64,000 bases of DNA from Dendrobates tinctorius (lineage: Eukaryota). Under the pieces are notes generated by a model. That model was not told where the DNA came from, did no database searches, and worked only from the letters and a program-made list of their open reading frames with translations. The translations under genes were made by a program, and so were the position numbers. Shown in pieces: positions 60,920 to 64,000 of this stretch (positions are counted from its first letter, which is position 1; each line of letters begins with the position of its first letter). Location of the stretch: the NCBI RefSeq assembly GCF_039654945.1, contig NW_027361722.1, positions 1,426,001 to 1,490,000 on the forward strand, written 5' to 3'.

Positions 60920-61470
60920 ATTGATGCTCGGACTCTGCCTCCTCAGCTTGGCCGTGTCTCTGAGCACCTTGTACTTCTGTGACTTGCTCAGTGGTGTTTG
61001 GGCTCGGCCTCCTCACCTCGGCCGTGTCTGAGCACTGAACTCCTTGTACTTCTGTGACTTGCTCAGTGGTGGTCGGGCTCAGCCTCCTCACCTCGGCCGT
61101 GTCTGAGCACTGACCTCCTTGTACTTCTGTGACTTGCTCAGTGGTGGTCGGGCTCAGCCTCCTCACCTCGGCCCTGTCTCTGAGCACCTTATACTTCTGT
61201 GTCTTCCTCAGTGGTGGTCTGGCTCAGCCTCCCCACCTCGGCCGTGTCTCTGAGCAGCTTGTACTTCTGTGTCTTGTTCAGTGGCGGTCGGGCTCAGCCT
61301 CCTTACCTCGGCCGTGTTTCTCAGCACTGAACACCTTGTACTTGTGTCTTGCTCAGTGGCGGTCGGGCTCGGCCTCCTCACCTCGACCGTGTCTCTGAGC
61401 ACCTTGTACTTCTGTGTCTTGCTCAGTGGTAGTCGAGCTCGGCCTCCCCACCTCGGCCGTGTCTCTGTGG
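60920..61470. repeat. ~70-78-bp tandem repeat (CTCGGCCTCCTCACCTCGGCCGTGTCTCTGAGCACCTTGTACTTCTGTG..), possibly inside a minus-strand L1 ORF1 remnant
   Basis: About 7-8 copies; the L1 link rests only on a flanking GELTL-like peptide. Confidence 0.8.
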
Positions 61471-61866
61471 TGCTGGTTCTACGTCCTCTATAGGTGGAAA
61501 CAATTTGGGACGTCTCAGACTCTGGAAATCTCATTTTAGCCATATTGCCTAAGGAGAATGGGCTGCTAGTAATTTAGTACACCACGATAGAGGGTGTGGC
61601 ATCCTGAGGACACACCCCCTCATTACACAAATATACGTCACCTACCCTATTTCATCCAATCAGCGTTCATAATTATACATGTGTAGAAATCTGAAGAAAA
61701 TAATGATCTGGTGACATCCGCACTGCTGAGAATTCTGCACAGTGTATACAGGAGTATATACCGTAGTGATATACACAGTATAGCTACATATATACTATAA
61801 ACACACAGTACATGATCCTCAGTGCTGGTCATTCTGCACAGTGTACAATGGGTGCAGAGTACTCAC

Positions 61867-61981
61867 CCGTTGGTCACCAGCACACCCGTCGGCTGCAGGT
61901 CTCGGTTCAGAGCCTCCAGGGACCAGCGGTATAAATTCTGAGATGACTTCTTGTTTGTGAGATCGTGAACAAGGACAATAC
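61867..61981 (-). CDS. RABL3: RABL3 coding exon 4 (115 nt)
   Basis: (G)[37 protein letters not shown](G); cag acceptor, gtgagt donor. Confidence 0.97.
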
Positions 61982-62397
61982 CTGAAAAATACAGAAAAGG
62001 AGCAATGAGAGCCAGGAACGAGAGACCATATGACTTACAGGCCTCAGAAAAACCGAAGATCCCATTTACTTGTCTACGAGGTGAAAAAGTGACACGTGCA
62101 CAAGTCACATCTAGAGCTGCAGCCACAAATCAATACCTGTGGATTATACATAGAGCTGCAGGGAAATGCAGCAGAGTCAGATGTGTGCTCATCATCAAAG
62201 TGGATGGCAGGAAAAAGCTAAAAGAACGAGTATAAGACATGATGTAGCTGCAGAACAATGAGTGCAGCTCTGGAGGTGACAGGAGGATAACACATGATGT
62301 AACATTAGAATACTGACTGGAGATGAATGGAGGATAACACATGGTGCAACGGATAGTAAGTGCAGCTCTGGAGGATTTATAAATCAGCTCTTCTCAC

Positions 62398-62527
62398 CGT
62401 TGACGCTGTTGTAGAATACGGCTCTAGTGCTCTTCACGCTGCTGGTGCTGCCCACCGATCCGCCGACATCCCACAGCTCTATGTAGAATGTCTTCTCCTC
62501 CGGAGTGCCCTCCCGATACTCGTGCAG
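62398..62527 (-). CDS. RABL3: RABL3 coding exon 3 (130 nt)
   Basis: [43 protein letters not shown](G); cag acceptor, gtgaga donor. Confidence 0.97.
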
Positions 62528-62596
62528 CTGATGACAAAAATAGATTGACTGACCGGGATGCCCTCTGCCCACCCCCAGCAGCACTGACAGCACTGG

Positions 62597-63402
62597 CCCC
62601 CCCCTCTTCCCCTCGGCGGCACGCACCGACCGGGCCCCCTCTTCCCCTCGGCGGCACGCACCGACCGGGCCCCCTCTTCCCCTCGGCGGCACGCACCGAC
62701 CGGGCCCCCTCTTCCCCTCGGCGGCACGCACCGACCGGGCCCCCTCTTCCCCTCGGCGGCACGCACCGACCGGGCCCCCTCTTCCCCTCGGCGGCACGCA
62801 CCGACCGGGCCCCCTCTTCCCCTCGGCGGCACCGACCGGGCCCCCTCTTCCCCTCGGCGGCACCGACCGGGCCCCCTCTTCCCCTCGGCGGCACCGACCG
62901 GGCCCCCTCTTCCCCTCGGCGGCACCGACCGGGCCCCCTCTTCCCCTCGGCGGCACCGACCGGGCCCCCTCTTCCCCTCGGCGGCACCGACCGGGCCCCC
63001 TCTTCCCCTCGGCGGCACCGACCGGGCCCCCTCTTCCCCTCGGCGGCACCGACCGGGCCCCCTCTTCCCCTCGGCGGCACCGACCGGGCCCCCTCTTCCC
63101 CTCGGCGGCACCGACCGGGCCCCCTCTTCCCCTCGGCGGCACCGACCGGGCCCCCTCTTCCCCTCGGCGGCACCGACCGGGCCCCCTCTTCCCCTCGGCG
63201 GCACCGACCGGGCCCCCTCTTCCCCTCGGCGGCACCGACCGGGCCCCCTCTTCCCCTCGGCGGCACCGACCGGGTCCCCTCTTCCCCTCGGCGGCACCGA
63301 CCGGGCCCCCTCTTCCCCTCGGCGGCACCGACCGGGTCCCCTCTTCCCCTCGGCGGCACTGACCGGGCCCCCTCTTCCCCTCGGCGGCACTGACCGGGCC
63401 CC
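62597..63402. repeat. GC-rich 31/35-bp minisatellite (~25 copies) filling RABL3 intron 2
   Basis: Unit ACCGACCGGGCCCCCTCTTCCCCTCGGCGGC, plus ACGC in the six leftmost copies. Confidence 0.96.
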
Positions 63403-63411
63403 AACACTCAC

Positions 63412-63503
63412 CCTGACGTCCACCGAGCAGCCCACGGTCCAGGACGGGTTCCCCAGCACTTGGTTCTGGCACAGGAGATGGACCAACGACGACTTCCCGA
63501 CTC
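63412..63503 (-). CDS. RABL3: RABL3 coding exon 2 (92 nt)
   Basis: (G)[30 protein letters not shown]; cag acceptor, gtgagt donor; completes the P-loop GDSGVGKS. Confidence 0.97.
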
Positions 63504-63698
63504 CTGCAGGCAGAGGGCAGTGTGAGGACGGCCGCCACCCTGCTAGGACACAACCGCTCACACCTGACACTCAGCACTAAAGGAAAGCTGCCTGACGCCC
63601 CGCCGCCATATTGGTTGTCATCTTTCTTAGGAGCAGATGAAACTAAGGAAAACTCATATCATTTGTGACACTTGGGCCGCCGCCATACTACGCCTCAC

Positions 63699-63744
63699 CG
63701 GAATCCCCAAGCACCAGCACCTTCACCCGGTCCAGCGCCGCCAT
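63699..63744 (-). CDS. RABL3: RABL3 coding exon 1 (46 nt)
   Basis: MAALDRVKVLVLGDS(G)|gtgagg. Confidence 0.97.
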
Positions 63745-63829
63745 GTCACCAGCAGGTCCAGCACATCCCGCCTCCGTGCTGCTCACCAAGACAACCAACA
63801 CCTGATGCTAACTGGTCACTTCACAGACC

Positions 63830-63925
63830 CATCCACCAATCAGAAGAGACAACATCCGGAAATTGGCCGGAAGTACGTCACCGAGCGTTTCAAGACGCTT
63901 TGAAGCGTTTCAGCGGCCATTGTTA
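63830..63925. promoter_or_regulatory. RABL3 housekeeping-type promoter, possibly bidirectional
   Basis: CCAATCAG (63836), tandem ETS motifs CCGGAAA/CCGGAAGT (63856-63874), half-CRE TACGTCA; YY1-like GCCGCCATATTG in intron 1 (63602). Confidence 0.6.
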
Positions 63926-64000
63926 CTACTGGCAGATCCATACCGTAGGAATACGTAGGGAATATTGTATATCTCCCTGTCGGCCGCTCTCGGGGCTTGC

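Noticed and set aside
62384-63577. Four 301-397 aa ORFs over RABL3 exons 2-3
   Set aside because: They arise from a stop-free GC-rich minisatellite; the true exons have canonical splice sites on each side.

Overview
Vertebrate genomic DNA, most likely from an anuran amphibian (inferred from the repeat landscape). It carries two spliced genes on the minus strand in the conserved RABL3-HGD order. RABL3 is complete: 8 coding exons at 63744-43088, 234 aa. HGD (homogentisate 1,2-dioxygenase) is present as coding exons 1-10 at 22004-1090, with the rest beyond the left edge. All 18 exons have GT-AG boundaries and reading phases consistent with the human genes. Most of the remaining sequence is repeats: several Tc1/mariner elements (one with DD37E/TRT spacing), hAT, Harbinger and TTAA-MITEs, two solo LTRs, L2, CR1 and L1 pieces, two Tx1-clade retrotransposons, probable Penelope-like insertions and many tandem arrays. 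Most notable: (1) a 40-bp satellite whose unit is a near-consensus CTCF site, with ~100 co-oriented copies in HGD intron 1 and more arrays between HGD and RABL3; (2) both Tx1-clade elements have junctions inside satellites near an AGC(TC) motif, suggesting satellite-targeted retrotransposition; (3) a minisatellite built from the HGD exon-4 splice donor itself; (4) a minimal hammerhead ribozyme in a TSD-flanked insertion; (5) a 1.2-kb near-perfect palindrome with a 14-bp TSD in a RABL3 intron; (6) a 3'-truncated L1 still flanked by a TSD. Gene and TE family assignments come from recalled protein motifs, not database searches. Most long ORFs in the supplied track are artefacts of repeats.
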